This document shows positions 51,739 through 63,448 of a stretch of 64,000 nucleotides of DNA, in pieces; the stretch's first letter is position 1, and each line of letters starts with the position of its first letter. The stretch comes from Halodesulfurarchaeum sp. GTDB taxonomy: Archaea > Halobacteriota > Halobacteria > Halobacteriales > Halobacteriaceae. Made by a program: the position numbers and the translations under genes. The DNA lies in NCBI GenBank assembly GCA_034520565.1, contig JAXHNL010000002.1, positions 960,001 through 1,024,000 on the forward strand, given 5' to 3'. Under the pieces are notes generated by a model. That model was given only the letters and a program-made list of their open reading frames with translations. It had not been told where the DNA came from and ran no database searches.

Positions 51739-53112
51739 ATGGCGATGGTGAACGTCGCCCTTTCGGTCGGACAGCTCTTCGTCGCCCTCTTTCTGGTCCT
51801 GCTCAACGGCTTTTTCGTCGCCGCGGAGTTCGCGTTCGTCCGGGTCCGGTCGACCTCGGTCGAACAGCTCGCGGCGGAGGGCCGGCGGGGCTCCTCGGCG
51901 CTCCAGGGCGCGATGGACAAGCTCGATGACTACCTCGCCGTGACCCAGCTCGGAATTACCATCGCCTCGCTGGGGCTGGGGTGGGTCGGGGAACCCGCCG
52001 TCGCCTCCCTCATCGAACCCGTCGCCGGGGCCTACCTTCCGCCGAACCTCGTGCACCTCGTCGCCTTCGCTATCGGGTTCGGCATCATCACCTTCCTCCA
52101 CGTGGTGTTCGGCGAACTCGCGCCCAAGACTATCGCCATCGCGCAGGCCGAGCGACTGTCGCTGTTCGTCGCCCCGCCGATGCGACTGTTCTACTTCCTG
52201 TTCTATCCGGGGATCGTCGTCTTCAACGGGACTGCGAACGCCTTCACCGCGCTGCTCGGGGTCCCACCGGCCTCCGAGACCGACGAAACCCTCGAAGAAC
52301 GGGAGATCCGCCGGGTCCTGTCCAGGTCGGGGAAGGAAGGACACGTCGACATGGCGGAAGTCGAGATGATCGAGCGAGTCTTCGATCTGGACGACACCGT
52401 GGTCCGGGAGATCATGGTACCCCGCCCTGACGTCGTGACGGTCTCGAAGGACACTACGCTTGCCGAGATCAGAGAGACCGTTCTCGAGGCTGGCCACACC
52501 CGCTATCCGGTCGTCGGGAACGAGGAGGACCAGATCGTGGGCTTCCTCGACGTCAAGGACGTCCTGCGGGTGACCGGAACGGACGAACCGGACTCGACGC
52601 GGGCGGGGGATCTCGCACGGGACCTCCTCGTCGTTCCGGAGTCGACGCCGCTCAACGAGTTGCTTCTGCAGTTCCGCAACGAGCGCCAGCAGGTGGCCGC
52701 TGTCATCGACGAGTGGGGGGCCTTCGAGGGGCTGGTGACCGTGGAGGACGCGGTGGAGGCGATCGTTGGCGACCTCCGGGACGAGTTCGACGGCAACGAA
52801 CCCGAGCCATCGATTCGAAAGCGCGAGGCAGGCGGCTACGAGATCGACGGGAGCGTGCCCCTCGGGGACGCGAACGAAGCGCTCGGGGTCGACTTGAAGA
52901 GCGAGAGCTACGAGACCATCGGTGGCGTCGTTCTCGACGCCCTCGGCCAGGCTCCCGAACCCGAGGACCGCGTTCGGCTCGAGGGATACCTCTTCGAGGT
53001 AACGGCCGTCGACGGGAACCGGATCGCGACGATTCAGGTCACCGAAAACGCGCCCGATGGCGACCCGAGCAACGGCGAACCCGAAACGAACGAGGACGAC
53101 TCCGCAAACTGA
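51739..53112 (+). CDS. Hemolysin/CNNM family protein (DUF21-CBS-CorC)
   Basis: NGFFVAAEFA, QLGITIASL, GELAPK, CBS pair, CorC YETIGG. Confidence 0.92.
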   Translation: MAMVNVALSVGQLFVALFLVLLNGFFVAAEFAFVRVRSTSVEQLAAEGRRGSSALQGAMDKLDDYLAVTQLGITIASLGLGWVGEPAVASLIEPVAGAYLPPNLVHLVAFAIGFGIITFLHVVFGELAPKTIAIAQAERLSLFVAPPMRLFYFLFYPGIVVFNGTANAFTALLGVPPASETDETLEEREIRRVLSRSGKEGHVDMAEVEMIERVFDLDDTVVREIMVPRPDVVTVSKDTTLAEIRETVLEAGHTRYPVVGNEEDQIVGFLDVKDVLRVTGTDEPDSTRAGDLARDLLVVPESTPLNELLLQFRNERQQVAAVIDEWGAFEGLVTVEDAVEAIVGDLRDEFDGNEPEPSIRKREAGGYEIDGSVPLGDANEALGVDLKSESYETIGGVVLDALGQAPEPEDRVRLEGYLFEVTAVDGNRIATIQVTENAPDGDPSNGEPETNEDDSAN

Positions 53113-53190
53113 GTTCGACTCGAAGACCGGGAGACGGTCGAACGGAACCGGCCGTGAGAGACATCCCCCTCCGGCCCCTTCTTCGAACCG

Positions 53191-53583
53191 ATGACTGGGC
53201 CGGTACTCGTCTACGACGATGCGTGCGGATTCTGCACGTGGTGGGCCGACTGGGTCGGCGCTCACGCCGCGATCCGCGTCGTGGGGTTTTCCGCCCTCAC
53301 TCCGGAGCACCGCAACCGGCTCCCCGAACACTACGAGCGGTGTGTGCACCTGCTCGCGGACGGGCGGGTCTATTCCTGTGGTGAGGCGGTCGAGGCGGCA
53401 CTCGTTCGGCTGGATTTCGTGCCGTCGATGCTGCGGGACCCGGGGTCAATCCGGCGAAGCCCCCACTACCGGCGACTTCGAGAGCACGGCTATCGGTGGG
53501 TTGCCAACAACCGCGATACCCTCTCGAAGATCGTCGCGAAGACGCCACGAGCCCACGAGTCCGATTCCGGAGACTCGACCTAG
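53191..53583 (+). CDS. DCC1-like (DUF393) thiol-disulfide oxidoreductase family protein
   Basis: LVYDDACGFC and YRWVANNR. Confidence 0.85.
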   Translation: MTGPVLVYDDACGFCTWWADWVGAHAAIRVVGFSALTPEHRNRLPEHYERCVHLLADGRVYSCGEAVEAALVRLDFVPSMLRDPGSIRRSPHYRRLREHGYRWVANNRDTLSKIVAKTPRAHESDSGDST

Positions 53584-54200
53584 CGGTCCCGGAGTCGGAA
53601 CGTCCGGATCGTATCCCGGGGAGCGGATTCGACCGCGACTGCCTCGAACCCCCGATTCGTGAAAATCCGCTTCCAGTCCCGGTAATAGAGCGGCACGTCC
53701 GTGTCGACGTAGTTGACGTTCGCCGAATCCCCGTTCGGGCCCTCCTGTCCCTCGTTTTCGACGGTGAGCAAGAGGTCCCGGGTGATCCGCGAGAGTTCGT
53801 CGAACACCCATTCGCTGTCGGGATGTATGTGCTGGAGGGTTTCGACGGAAAAAACGACGTCGAACTGATCCTTCTCGAACTCCCGCAGGACCGATTCGAT
53901 GGAGCGATAGTGGACGGTCGCGGTCTTTGCGAGGGCCGGAAAGTTCGTTTCCATCACGTCCTCGGCGGCGTCGTTGAGCTCGACGCCGGTCAGATCTGTG
54001 TAGCCCGCCTCGAGGAGGGCGGCGAGGTTTCTCCCGGAACTGCAGCCGATCTCGAGGATGGCCGGGTCGGGACCCAGGTAGTCCTCGATGGCTTTCCGGA
54101 CCGCCTCGCTCGCGGCGTCGGCCCCGTAGTGGGCGTAATACTCCGGCGAGTACTCCCCGGATCGACTGGCCCACTCCTGGCGAACGTCCTGTGAATCCAC
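53580..54200 (-). CDS. Class I SAM-dependent methyltransferase
   Basis: [25 protein letters not shown]. Confidence 0.85.
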   Translation of the reverse strand: MDSQDVRQEWASRSGEYSPEYYAHYGADAASEAVRKAIEDYLGPDPAILEIGCSSGRNLAALLEAGYTDLTGVELNDAAEDVMETNFPALAKTATVHYRSIESVLREFEKDQFDVVFSVETLQHIHPDSEWVFDELSRITRDLLLTVENEGQEGPNGDSANVNYVDTDVPLYYRDWKRIFTNRGFEAVAVESAPRDTIRTFRLRDR

Positions 54201-54272
54201 AGCGAAAATCCGGTCGGGAGGCGTAAAGTCCCGTCGGCAGCCACCGCCGGTCCGGCCGGGACCGGATCGGGG

Positions 54273-54452
54273 CTATTCGTGCTCCTCGATGACGGTCTCG
54301 AGTTCGTCGGCGCACTTGTTGATCCCGTCCGAGGCCTCGATCAACCCGAGGCTCATCCGGTCGTCGGCCCGCTCCCGGAACCGGTCGACCAGGTCCTGTA
54401 ACTCCGCGACCGGAACCGTGCCGTCGTCCGCACTGTTTTCCGTATCTGTCAT
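54273..54452 (-). CDS. Small acidic hypothetical protein
   Basis: MTDTENS...[13 protein letters not shown], acidic and helical. Confidence 0.55.
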   Translation of the reverse strand: MTDTENSADDGTVPVAELQDLVDRFRERADDRMSLGLIEASDGINKCADELETVIEEHE

Positions 54453-54546
54453 CGGTTCGAGTAGGGTGCCAGCCCCTCTTAAATCCACAGTCATGGCCAG
54501 CCGCACTTTTATCGGCGTCGCGTCCCACCGCATACGTGATCGGCTC

Positions 54547-55956
54547 GTGAACGAGGACAACGTCTCCCCCGAATCGGCCGACCCCGACACGTCGCCGGTA
54601 GCGATCTCCGGAGACAGCGACGAAGGTCAGGGCGAACTCGAGCGAACCATCGGCCTCGCCGGCGGGTTGACCATCGGGATCGGGACGATGATCGGCGCGG
54701 GGATATTCGTGTTTCCGGGTCTTGCGGCCGAGCGAGCGGGACCGGCTGCATCCCTCTCCTTCCTCATCGGGGGTGTCATCGCGTTGCTGGTCGCGCTCCC
54801 CGCGTCCGAGCTGGCGACGGCCATGCCCCGGAGTGGCGGGGGCTACTTCTTCGTCTCTCGGGGATTGGGGACCGCTGCGGGGGCGATCGTCGGGCTCGGG
54901 CTCTGGTTGGGGCTGGTCTTTGCCTCCGCGTTTTACCTCGTCGGCCTGGGCGCGTATGCGAGTGCCGCCATCGCGGAGATCGGCATCGAACTCACGGCGA
55001 ACCTCGCCGTGCCCCTCGGGGTCGTCTTCGCGGTGGGATTGACCGCAGCGAGCGTCGGCGGGACGGAGAACTCGGCGACGCTGCAGAACTACATCGTCGG
55101 TGGATTGTTGGTCATTCTCGCCGTGTTTCTTACTTACGGCGGGCTCGACGCGCTGGGCGTGTTCGGCCGGGAGACTGTCCCCGAGGCCTTCTTCCCACGG
55201 GGCCACCTGCCGGTGCTCTCCACTGCCGGGTTGGTGTTCACGTCGTATCTCGGCTTCGCGCAGGTGGCCACCGTCGCCGGCGACATCAAGAATCCGGGCC
55301 GCTCGCTCCCGATCGCGATGGTCGGCTCGGTGCTGATCGTCACCGTGCTGTACGTCGTGACGATCTTCGTCGCCACGAGTGCCTTCGGCGCGGCGACTTT
55401 GGGGACCTTCGGCGAGACGGCGATCGTCGAGGTCGCCCGCGAACTCCTCGGGGAGCCGGGGGCCGTCGCGATCCTCGTGGCGGGGGTATTGGCGACCATC
55501 TCGAGTGCGAACGCCTCGATCCTCTCCGCCTCCCGGACGATGTACGCGCTCAGCCGGGACGCCATTCTCCCGGCACGGGCCGGAAAACTGAACATCAGAT
55601 TCGGGACCCCACACGTCGCTCTCCTCGCAGCTGGCGGCCCGATCGTGGTCCTGGTACTTTCTGGGCAGGTGGAACTGTTGGCGGAGGTCGCGTCCTTTCT
55701 CCATCTGCTCATGTACGGACTCATCGGGGTAACGGTGATCGTCCTGCGTCGCCGGGATCCCGAGTGGTACCAACCGAGTTATACGATGCCGGGGGTGCCG
55801 GTCCTGCCGGTCATCGCCGCTCTTGCCAGCTTCGGATTGGCCCTCCAGATGCAACTGGGAGCGATCGTAATTGGCCTGCTCGTCATGGGGCTTTCGTATC
55901 TGTGGTACCGGTATTACGCCCGTTCGGTCGACCTCAGGGGGGTGTTCACACAATGA
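54547..55956 (+). CDS. APC-family amino acid permease
   Basis: [28 protein letters not shown]; start uncertain (GTG 54547). Confidence 0.88.
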   Translation: MNEDNVSPESADPDTSPVAISGDSDEGQGELERTIGLAGGLTIGIGTMIGAGIFVFPGLAAERAGPAASLSFLIGGVIALLVALPASELATAMPRSGGGYFFVSRGLGTAAGAIVGLGLWLGLVFASAFYLVGLGAYASAAIAEIGIELTANLAVPLGVVFAVGLTAASVGGTENSATLQNYIVGGLLVILAVFLTYGGLDALGVFGRETVPEAFFPRGHLPVLSTAGLVFTSYLGFAQVATVAGDIKNPGRSLPIAMVGSVLIVTVLYVVTIFVATSAFGAATLGTFGETAIVEVARELLGEPGAVAILVAGVLATISSANASILSASRTMYALSRDAILPARAGKLNIRFGTPHVALLAAGGPIVVLVLSGQVELLAEVASFLHLLMYGLIGVTVIVLRRRDPEWYQPSYTMPGVPVLPVIAALASFGLALQMQLGAIVIGLLVMGLSYLWYRYYARSVDLRGVFTQ

Positions 55957-56699
55957 CAGAGAGACCAACCGTCCTGGTTCCACGCCAGGTGCTCGAAGGA
56001 GAATCGATTCCGGAGGGGATTCCCGAACTGCTTTCGGGAGTCCACGTCCTGCTCCTGGGCTATCACGTCCTGCCCGAACAGACCGCAACCGAACAGGGCC
56101 GTGAGCAGTTCGGCGAGAAAGCCACGAAGCGACTCGCGGAGTTCGAAACGATGCTGGAGGCGAAGGGGGCGACGGTCGAAACGCGTCTCGTCTTCACGCA
56201 CGAGGCCCAGCAGACGATCAACCGGGTGATCGTCGAGGAGGACTGTTTCGCGGTCCTGATTCCGAAGGCCACGCCACCCGTCGAACGGGTGCTGGTCGCC
56301 GTTCGCGGCACGGTCGGACTCGACCGGCTCGTCGCGGTTCTCGGTGGGCTCTTTGCCGACTCGGAAACCGATCTCAGTTTGTATCACGTCCGAGAAGGCC
56401 AAGAGACTTCAGAACAAACAGAGGCGATGTTCGACGAGTTCGAATCGGCCCTCGTGGCTGCAGGAATCACGAGCGAGCAACTCGATACCACGGTCGGAAC
56501 GGGGACCCAGCTGATCGAACTGCTCGCCGAGGCCGCGGAGGACCACGAGCTCGTCGTCATGGGCGAGACGGATCCATCGATTGCGACGTACGTATTCGGG
56601 TTGCCTCAGGACCAGCTCGCCGCACAGTTCCTCGGCCCGGTGCTTGTCGTCCAGCGACCGCCACCCGAGCCGTACCCCGAAACGTCCCTGGACGAGTGA
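55953..56699 (+). CDS. USP-like protein coupled to the permease
   Basis: ATGA overlap; [19 protein letters not shown]. Confidence 0.75.
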   Translation: MTERPTVLVPRQVLEGESIPEGIPELLSGVHVLLLGYHVLPEQTATEQGREQFGEKATKRLAEFETMLEAKGATVETRLVFTHEAQQTINRVIVEEDCFAVLIPKATPPVERVLVAVRGTVGLDRLVAVLGGLFADSETDLSLYHVREGQETSEQTEAMFDEFESALVAAGITSEQLDTTVGTGTQLIELLAEAAEDHELVVMGETDPSIATYVFGLPQDQLAAQFLGPVLVVQRPPPEPYPETSLDE

Positions 56700-56839
56700 C
56701 TGGGGGGCGGCGCTGAACCGCCCGGCCGAGGACGGCTGATCACCGACTGCCGTTTCCCAGAACCCAGCACAGAACACAGCGTTAATACGATCCGCCGGCG
56801 GAGTTCCTGACGGACACAGACGGGTGTCGAGCCGAAACC

Positions 56840-58180
56840 ATGGCGGACACATACGATCTCATCATCGTCGGCGGGGGCATCAGCGGGGCATCACTACTGT
56901 ACGCGGTCTCCAAGTTCTCGGACGTCGAAACCGTCGCCCTGTTCGAGAAGGAAGCGGAGATCGGCGCGATAAACACCTATCACACGAACAACTCACAGAC
57001 CCTTCACTTCGGGGACATCGAGACGAACTACTCCCTCGAGAAGGCCCGATCGGTCAAGGAGGGCGCCGAAACGCTGGCCGGCTACCTCGAGTCGGCAGAT
57101 CCCGACCGGACCATGCACGCAAAGCGGTCCAAGATGGTCATCGCGGTCGGGGAGGCGGAGGTCGACCGGCTGGAACGGCGATATCACGAACGGGGGTTCG
57201 GCGATCTCTACCCGAAGCTGGAATTGATCGGTCGGGAACGGATCGAAGCACTGGAGCCGGCCGTCGTCGAGGGCAGGGACCCGGACGTTTCCCTCCGGGC
57301 GCTTTACACGCCGGATGGCTACGTCGTCGATTACGGGGAGACGGCAAAGTCGCTCGTCGCGGCAGCCCGCGAGGAGTCGGGGGTTGACGTGTACACGGGG
57401 ACGGCCGTCGAGGGGATCGTCGAGACCGCCGACGGGTACGCGGTTAGGACCGACGCGGGAACGGCGATGGCCCAGGGCGTCGTCGTGAGCGCGGGCTCAC
57501 ACAGTCTCCAGTTCGCCAAGCAACTGGGCTACGGCGAGGACATGGTCCTCTTGCCCATCGCGGGCAGTTTCTTCCTGGCCGAGGACTTCCTCAACGGGAA
57601 AGTCTACACCCTGCAGATGGCCAAACTCCCCTTTGCGGCGGTCCACGGGGACGCCGACGTCCACGACGCCTCGGTGACCCGTTTCGGACCGACGGCGAAG
57701 CCGGTCCCGGCCCTCGAACGCGGACAACTCGACACCGTCGGGGACTTCTTCGACGTGTTCGGCTTCGACTTCGACTCGTTTGCGAGCTACGCGAACATCC
57801 TCGCGGACAAAGTACTGCTTCCCTACGTGCTCCGGAACCTCGTCTATGACCTTCCGGAACTCGGGACCAGAGCCTTCCTCCCGCAGGTGCAGAAAGTCGT
57901 GCCGAGTGCCACACGCGATGACATCGAGCCCGCCCGGGGCTACGGTGGGATTCGCCCACAGATCGTCGACACCAGCGCCCGCACGCTCGACATGGGCGAG
58001 GCGACGATCGAGGGCGAGGACATCATCTTCAACATCACGCCGTCGCCCGGCGCGTCGACGTGTCTCAAGAACGCCCGCCGGGACGCCAAATCGGTGGTGG
58101 AGTTCCTCGACGGGGACTACAGCTTCGACGAGGACGCCTTCCACGAGGCGACCCTCGACAACTTCCCGCGGGAGGACTAA
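56840..58180 (+). CDS. FAD-dependent oxidoreductase, malate:quinone oxidoreductase-like
   Basis: IVGGGISG, NNSQTLHFGDIETNY, GGIRPQ, TPSPGAS. Confidence 0.8.
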   Translation: MADTYDLIIVGGGISGASLLYAVSKFSDVETVALFEKEAEIGAINTYHTNNSQTLHFGDIETNYSLEKARSVKEGAETLAGYLESADPDRTMHAKRSKMVIAVGEAEVDRLERRYHERGFGDLYPKLELIGRERIEALEPAVVEGRDPDVSLRALYTPDGYVVDYGETAKSLVAAAREESGVDVYTGTAVEGIVETADGYAVRTDAGTAMAQGVVVSAGSHSLQFAKQLGYGEDMVLLPIAGSFFLAEDFLNGKVYTLQMAKLPFAAVHGDADVHDASVTRFGPTAKPVPALERGQLDTVGDFFDVFGFDFDSFASYANILADKVLLPYVLRNLVYDLPELGTRAFLPQVQKVVPSATRDDIEPARGYGGIRPQIVDTSARTLDMGEATIEGEDIIFNITPSPGASTCLKNARRDAKSVVEFLDGDYSFDEDAFHEATLDNFPRED

Positions 58181-58367
58181 GCCACGTTCCAGATACAACC
58201 AGCGTTCCAGATTCAGCCAGGGTGTCAGGGCCGTGCCGAATAAACCAGAATTCTTGCTGCGTTTCGATTTGACCGGACGTTTTACCCGTGACCAATCGAC
58301 CTCTCGGCTCTCTACCGACGAATTCGGGAACAGAATTCCTTTGGCAGTACCCCAGTAAGCACCGGTA

Positions 58368-59840
58368 GTGGCCCCGCAGCTGCGACACCTCCGAAAAGCC
58401 CTGCACAATCCGATGCGGGCACTCCTGGTCGGTATCGGGATGGTTCTCGCCAGGTTTGGCCTCATCACTGAGGAGCGGGCCACCCAGACGGTGGATCTGG
58501 CGTGGCCGCGGATCTTGACCGGGATCGCGCGGATGTCGAAAAACGCCGCCGACGTGGCGATGGTGGGGATCGCGCTCGGGCCGGCGGCGATCAACGGCGT
58601 CGGGTTTGCGACCCCGTACTGGGGTGTCGCCTTCAGCATCGGTGCCGGACTCGCGGCCGGGACGATCGCGCTCGTCTCCCAGCGGTACGGGGCCGAGCGC
58701 TTCGACCAGCTCGGCCAGGCGATCCGCTCGAGTGCGGCCCTGCTGATCGTCGTCACGATTCCCATCACCGTGATCTTCTGGCTCGTTCCCGAGACGCTCG
58801 TGTCCGTGCTCACGAGCACGCCCGCCGAAATCGATTACGGGGGTCGCTACCTCCGCGTTCTGGCACTGGGAGTGCCGTTCGCGTCGCTGAACCTCATCGG
58901 TAGCCGGGCGCTCATCGGCGCCGACGACGCCTGGGTCCCGATGCTTCTCCGCGGGGGCGGCGCGATCGCGAACATCGGTCTCAACGCGGTCTTCATTTTC
59001 GGGCTCGGCATGGGCGTGGAGGGGGCGGCGTGGGGAACCGTGCTCGCGAACGTGCTCGTGACGAGTTCGCTGGCGATCGGCCTCGCTCGGGGCGGCCTCC
59101 CGCTCGTCGGACAGTTCCCAGTTACCGTCGACCCGACTGGGCGGTACCTTCACCTCGATACGTTCCGGGATCTCATCTCGATCGGCACCCCCGTCATCGG
59201 ACGGAACTCGGTCTGGACGATCGCCCGGTTTCCGACCCTCGCCTTCGTCGCCATGTTCGGCCAGCAGATCACCGCGGCGTACATCGTCACCCGCCGGATC
59301 TGGGGAGTTATGAACACGCCGGGGTGGGGCTTTGGCCTTGCCGCGAGCAGTCTCGTCGGTCAGGAACTCGGGAAGGGGAGGGAGGCGATCGCCGAGGCCT
59401 ACGGCTACGAGATCACTCGCTTTTCGGTAGCGACCTACGCGCTTGCGGCCTTCGGCATCGCTCTCTTTGCGGAACCGATCGTCGCCCTCTTCATCGGGTC
59501 CCGGACCGACCCGGTGATCCCCATTGCGGTGCCGATGGTCTACGTTTCGGCTCTGGCGATCATTCCACAGGGCGTGACGAGCACCATCGCCGGGGCCCTT
59601 GACGCGACCGGTGACACCCGCTGGCCCTTTTATAGCCGCGCGCTGGGGATGTTCGGATTCTCGATCCCGATCATGTACCTCGGGGCGACGACATCGCTTG
59701 GCATCTGGGGCATCTACCTCTCCTTCTTCGGGGAGACGGTGGTCTCGGCGGTCATCAACTACTACCGGTTCTGGACGGGCAAGTGGAAGGCGATCAGTCG
59801 AGGGTATCGACCCGACGTGTCGACGACGGTGGACGATTGA
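58368..59840 (+). CDS. MATE-family efflux transporter
   Basis: DVAMVG, GMGVEGAAWGT, LVGQELG, TGDTRWP. Confidence 0.9.
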   Translation: MAPQLRHLRKALHNPMRALLVGIGMVLARFGLITEERATQTVDLAWPRILTGIARMSKNAADVAMVGIALGPAAINGVGFATPYWGVAFSIGAGLAAGTIALVSQRYGAERFDQLGQAIRSSAALLIVVTIPITVIFWLVPETLVSVLTSTPAEIDYGGRYLRVLALGVPFASLNLIGSRALIGADDAWVPMLLRGGGAIANIGLNAVFIFGLGMGVEGAAWGTVLANVLVTSSLAIGLARGGLPLVGQFPVTVDPTGRYLHLDTFRDLISIGTPVIGRNSVWTIARFPTLAFVAMFGQQITAAYIVTRRIWGVMNTPGWGFGLAASSLVGQELGKGREAIAEAYGYEITRFSVATYALAAFGIALFAEPIVALFIGSRTDPVIPIAVPMVYVSALAIIPQGVTSTIAGALDATGDTRWPFYSRALGMFGFSIPIMYLGATTSLGIWGIYLSFFGETVVSAVINYYRFWTGKWKAISRGYRPDVSTTVDD

Positions 59841-59876
59841 CTCCGGAGCACAGCAGCGGCGTCTTTCCAGGCCTGC

Positions 59877-60266
59877 TCAATAGACGATGTAACTGACCGA
59901 TCCCACGTCGATCTTCACGAGCGTGTTCTCCGGGTAGGCGTCGGGTTCGACCCCGTACTTCTCGTTAATCTCGCGCCGGACTCGCGTTTCTTCGGCCTCG
60001 TCGTCGATGATTTCGGCGGTTCCGAGCAGGGTTACCATCCACTCGGGAATCCCCGCCTCGGCTTTCTGAACCGAGAGGGAGACCCGCGGGTTCTTTCGGA
60101 TGTTCGCGAGTTTCCGCCCCTTCGTGGTCAGTTCGACGATCCCCTCGTCGTACTGGTACCAGAGCGGGGCCACGTGGGGCTTGTCGTCGACGCTCGTGGC
60201 CAGAAACGCGGTCAGTGGCTCGGACTGGAGCAGTGTCTCGACCTCGTCGGGGACGGTATCTGCCAT
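59877..60266 (-). CDS. Pyridoxamine 5'-phosphate oxidase (PPOX)-family protein
   Basis: LATS...PHVAPLW, KLANIRKNPRVSL. Confidence 0.85.
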   Translation of the reverse strand: MADTVPDEVETLLQSEPLTAFLATSVDDKPHVAPLWYQYDEGIVELTTKGRKLANIRKNPRVSLSVQKAEAGIPEWMVTLLGTAEIIDDEAEETRVRREINEKYGVEPDAYPENTLVKIDVGSVSYIVY

Positions 60267-60317
60267 GTCGCTACTGTGTCACGCGGCTACAAAAAGCTCG
60301 GGCCGACCCAAAAACCG

Positions 60318-60602
60318 TCAGTCGATGTGCCCTTCGCGTCGAAGCTGTTCGGCGTCCGCACTCTTGTATCGCCACTCGATGTCGCCTTTCTCGTCCTGCC
60401 AGTCCCACGGGTCGATGAGGACGACGTCGCCCTTTTCGATCCAGGTACGATATTTCATCCGGCCGGGGATTCGTCCGAGGCGGGTCTCGCCGTCCGCACA
60501 CCGCACGCGGACGTGGTTCCCACCCAGGTGTTGCTCGATGACGCCGAACTGCTCGGACCCCGAGGGCATGCGGAGGTCCTTTTGCTCACGTTGTTCTGTC
60601 AC
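60318..60602 (-). CDS. eif1a: Translation initiation factor aIF-1A
   Basis: [35 protein letters not shown]; GTG 60602. Confidence 0.93.
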   Translation of the reverse strand: MTEQREQKDLRMPSGSEQFGVIEQHLGGNHVRVRCADGETRLGRIPGRMKYRTWIEKGDVVLIDPWDWQDEKGDIEWRYKSADAEQLRREGHID

Positions 60603-60697
60603 GTCAACTGATTCGTTCCGGAGAGGGATAAACTCAGTTGAATGCGTGGTACCATCGCCCAGAGTGGTTTTTACCTCCGGACGTTTTTTCGGCACGT

Positions 60698-61804
60698 ATG
60701 GATCCTGTCGTTGTCGTCGGGGGTGGGGTCATCGGAACGGCCGTGACGGCTGCACTCGCCGACCGTGACGTGCCCGTGAAACTCTACGAGAAAGACGCCC
60801 TGGGCGGGGGAACCACCGCGAAATCCATGGCCATCTTCTTCTGGCATCAGGACGACCCGAGCGAGACGGAACACCGGCTTCGAGAACTGGCCTGGGAGAC
60901 CTACGAACCGCTCATCGAGGACGGAACGCTCGATTTCACCCGGATAGGAACCCTCGAAACGGCCCCGGAACTGACGGACGTCCCGGAGGTCCGTTCGGTC
61001 TGGAAGGGTCTCTCGAATTTGGGGGTCGACGTCGAGTGGCTGGAGGCCCCCGAACTCGAATCGAAGGGACTCGATCCGGCGGCCTTCGAGGGGGGTCTGT
61101 TCGTTCCCGCCGACGGCTTTCTCGACCCGTCGGCGATCATCCAGACGTTCGTGGACCGGGCCACGGAGGGACCCGCGACGATCGAAACCGGCGTCGAGGT
61201 GACCGACGTCACAACCGAGGACGGCGCCGTGACGGCCGTCGAAACCACGGACGGGACCCAACCCGCGAGTGCGGTCGTGAACGCCGCCGGCCCGTGGGCA
61301 CCTGCGATCAACGACCTCGCCGGAATCGAGCAGCCGCTCAGACAGACCCGTGGGCCGATCGTCGTTCTCTCACGCGAGACGGAGTTTACCCTTCCGTTCA
61401 TGATTCTCCACGACGAGCTGTACTTTCGGGAGGACGGGCTCCAGCAGGCCTTCGGCGGCCGCTTCGATACGACCTTCGAGACGGCCGAAACGGTCGATCC
61501 GGACGCGAACCACACAGTCGATCAGTCCTTCTATCTCGACATCGCCGAGGAGATCGAGGCCGCCGTTCCTCGGCTGGCGGACGCCCAGATCGTCAACGAC
61601 TGGGTCGGCTTCCGGACGATCACGCCCGACGGCCGTCCGCTCGTCGGCGAGACGGACCTCGATGGCTTCTACTCGGCGGTGGGGATGTCTGGCTACGGGG
61701 TGACCCGAGCCCCGGCAATCGCGTCGATACTCGCGGATGTGATCGACGGGCAAGCGGTCGACGATGAACTGGCCGCGTGGATCGCGCCGGACCGGCTTTC
61801 CTGA
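60698..61804 (+). CDS. DAO/sarcosine-oxidase-like FAD-dependent oxidoreductase
   Basis: [31 protein letters not shown]. Confidence 0.85.
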   Translation: MDPVVVVGGGVIGTAVTAALADRDVPVKLYEKDALGGGTTAKSMAIFFWHQDDPSETEHRLRELAWETYEPLIEDGTLDFTRIGTLETAPELTDVPEVRSVWKGLSNLGVDVEWLEAPELESKGLDPAAFEGGLFVPADGFLDPSAIIQTFVDRATEGPATIETGVEVTDVTTEDGAVTAVETTDGTQPASAVVNAAGPWAPAINDLAGIEQPLRQTRGPIVVLSRETEFTLPFMILHDELYFREDGLQQAFGGRFDTTFETAETVDPDANHTVDQSFYLDIAEEIEAAVPRLADAQIVNDWVGFRTITPDGRPLVGETDLDGFYSAVGMSGYGVTRAPAIASILADVIDGQAVDDELAAWIAPDRLS

Positions 61805-61811
61805 TTCCCGT

Positions 61812-62477
61812 TCAGCCGGCTGCGTGGACGATCGCCGGCAAATCGGCGAGCGTTTCGATCTCGTAGGTCGGGGGAACCTGGAGTTCCGTCTCGGCCCGGT
61901 GGTCGCGTCGGAGGAAGACCGAATCGACGCCCGCGGCCGCGGCGGCCTGGACGTCCGACTCGCTGTCCCCGACGAAAAGCGGGTTCCTGGCGCCGAGGTC
62001 CGCGATTGCGAGGTCGAGATAGTGCGGGTCGGGTTTCTTCAGGGCGAGGCTCTCGGGGTGCATCTCCCGACCGTAGACCGACTCGAAGTACTCACCGATA
62101 CCGTGCTGCTCGAGGATCGTTTCGACGGTGCGAGACTGGTTGGAGCTGACGATCCCGAGGGGCAGATCGATCCGGGACAGGGCCTCGAAGTCGGGGTAGA
62201 GCGGCTTGCGACCGGCCCGGATCTCCCGCTCCTGTACGAGCGAGGAGCGGAGATCGCGGCGGTACCAGAGTGCGGCGGGTGCCAGCCCGTACCGGCTGGC
62301 GACCGACTGCAGGATTTCCGGGGTGACGCCGTACACGAGCCGGTCGATATCGGCCGGATCGGGGTCGACGACGCCCATGTCCCTGAAGGCGTCCTCGACG
62401 GCTCGCTCCAGGACCGACCAGTCGGTCAGGGCGGTGAGCACGCCGTCGTTATCGAGGATCACCGCGTCGTAGGTCAT
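61812..62477 (-). CDS. HAD-superfamily hydrolase
   Basis: LDNDGVL, SSN, KKPDP, VGDSESDV. Confidence 0.87.
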   Translation of the reverse strand: MTYDAVILDNDGVLTALTDWSVLERAVEDAFRDMGVVDPDPADIDRLVYGVTPEILQSVASRYGLAPAALWYRRDLRSSLVQEREIRAGRKPLYPDFEALSRIDLPLGIVSSNQSRTVETILEQHGIGEYFESVYGREMHPESLALKKPDPHYLDLAIADLGARNPLFVGDSESDVQAAAAAGVDSVFLRRDHRAETELQVPPTYEIETLADLPAIVHAAG

Positions 62478-62544
62478 TTCAGGGACGTACTGGACGATCG
62501 GGGAAAACGGTTTCGTGCCCCTTGCTGGCCCGTACCCCGGGCAG

Positions 62545-62865
62545 TCAGGCGTACTCGCGCCACCGCGCCCCACATTCCGTGCACTTGAAAAACCGCGTCG
62601 GCGGTTCGTCGGCCGAGCCGGTCTGCTTGATCGTGTACCAGGCCTCGTCGTTCTCACATTCCGGGCACTCGATTTCGGCGGTCGGCTTCCCCTCGAAGTT
62701 CGCCCCTTCCTCGGTCTCGATGACGTCGCTTTCGTCCTGCTCCTGGGTCGAGACGTATTCCTCGTCCATTCCCGCCGCCTTCGACTCCGTATGGCCACAG
62801 CTCGAACAGACCATCGAATCGCCGTCGGGATGCATCATCGACCCACACTCGGGACAGAACTGCAT
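62545..62865 (-). CDS. tfs: Transcription factor S (TFS)
   Basis: MQFCPECG...CPEC...QTGSADEPPTRFFKCTECG.RWR. Confidence 0.93.
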   Translation of the reverse strand: MQFCPECGSMMHPDGDSMVCSSCGHTESKAAGMDEEYVSTQEQDESDVIETEEGANFEGKPTAEIECPECENDEAWYTIKQTGSADEPPTRFFKCTECGARWREYA

Positions 62866-62902
62866 TAGTGACAAACCGGTGCCCGGGCCTCAAAAGTCTC
62901 CC

Positions 62903-63448
62903 TTACTGGTCCTCGGACCGGCCCGGGCGTGTCTTCTTCCCATCCGGGCCGACCATCGGACAGTCGGACACCCGGACGTGGCCCATGTCGACGAGTTCGT
63001 GAATCGTGGTCCCCTGGTGGGTGCATTTGAGTTCTGGTGGCGCCTCGAGGTAGCGACACCGTTCGCAGATCCGTTTCGAGATGACCTGAGTCGGCCCCTC
63101 GGCACCCGCTTCGGTTTCGGCCGCCTCGAAGTGCCCCTCGGGGTTATCGTCTTCCATGAGGAGGTCTGCCCATACCCCCTCCGAGTCGACTGGTTCGACG
63201 GTTTCCTCCATGAAGGCCTCGTCGGCGACGGCCTCCTCCCGCTCGGGGTCGTCACGTGCCCGCCTGTCGACCTCGTCCCGGAGCCCGGAAAGCGGCACCG
63301 AATCGGCCTCGTCGGTCGCTTCGTGCGTCGCGTCATCCGCAGCGGTCACTTCCTCGGTCATGTCCCCGTCGGCCGGCTCTTCGTTTTCGATGTCCGAACG
63401 AAGGTCGGCGAGTGGAATGGACTCCGCGTGGTCGTCGTCTTCAGTCAC
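62903..63448 (-). CDS. Acidic hypothetical protein with C-terminal Cys cluster
   Basis: CERCRYL...CTHQGTTI...CPMV. Confidence 0.65.
   Translation of the reverse strand: MTEDDDHAESIPLADLRSDIENEEPADGDMTEEVTAADDATHEATDEADSVPLSGLRDEVDRRARDDPEREEAVADEAFMEETVEPVDSEGVWADLLMEDDNPEGHFEAAETEAGAEGPTQVISKRICERCRYLEAPPELKCTHQGTTIHELVDMGHVRVSDCPMVGPDGKKTRPGRSEDQ

Noticed and set aside
58185-58212. Short CGTTCCAGAT duplication
   Set aside because: Only two copies in an ordinary intergenic region; no supporting context
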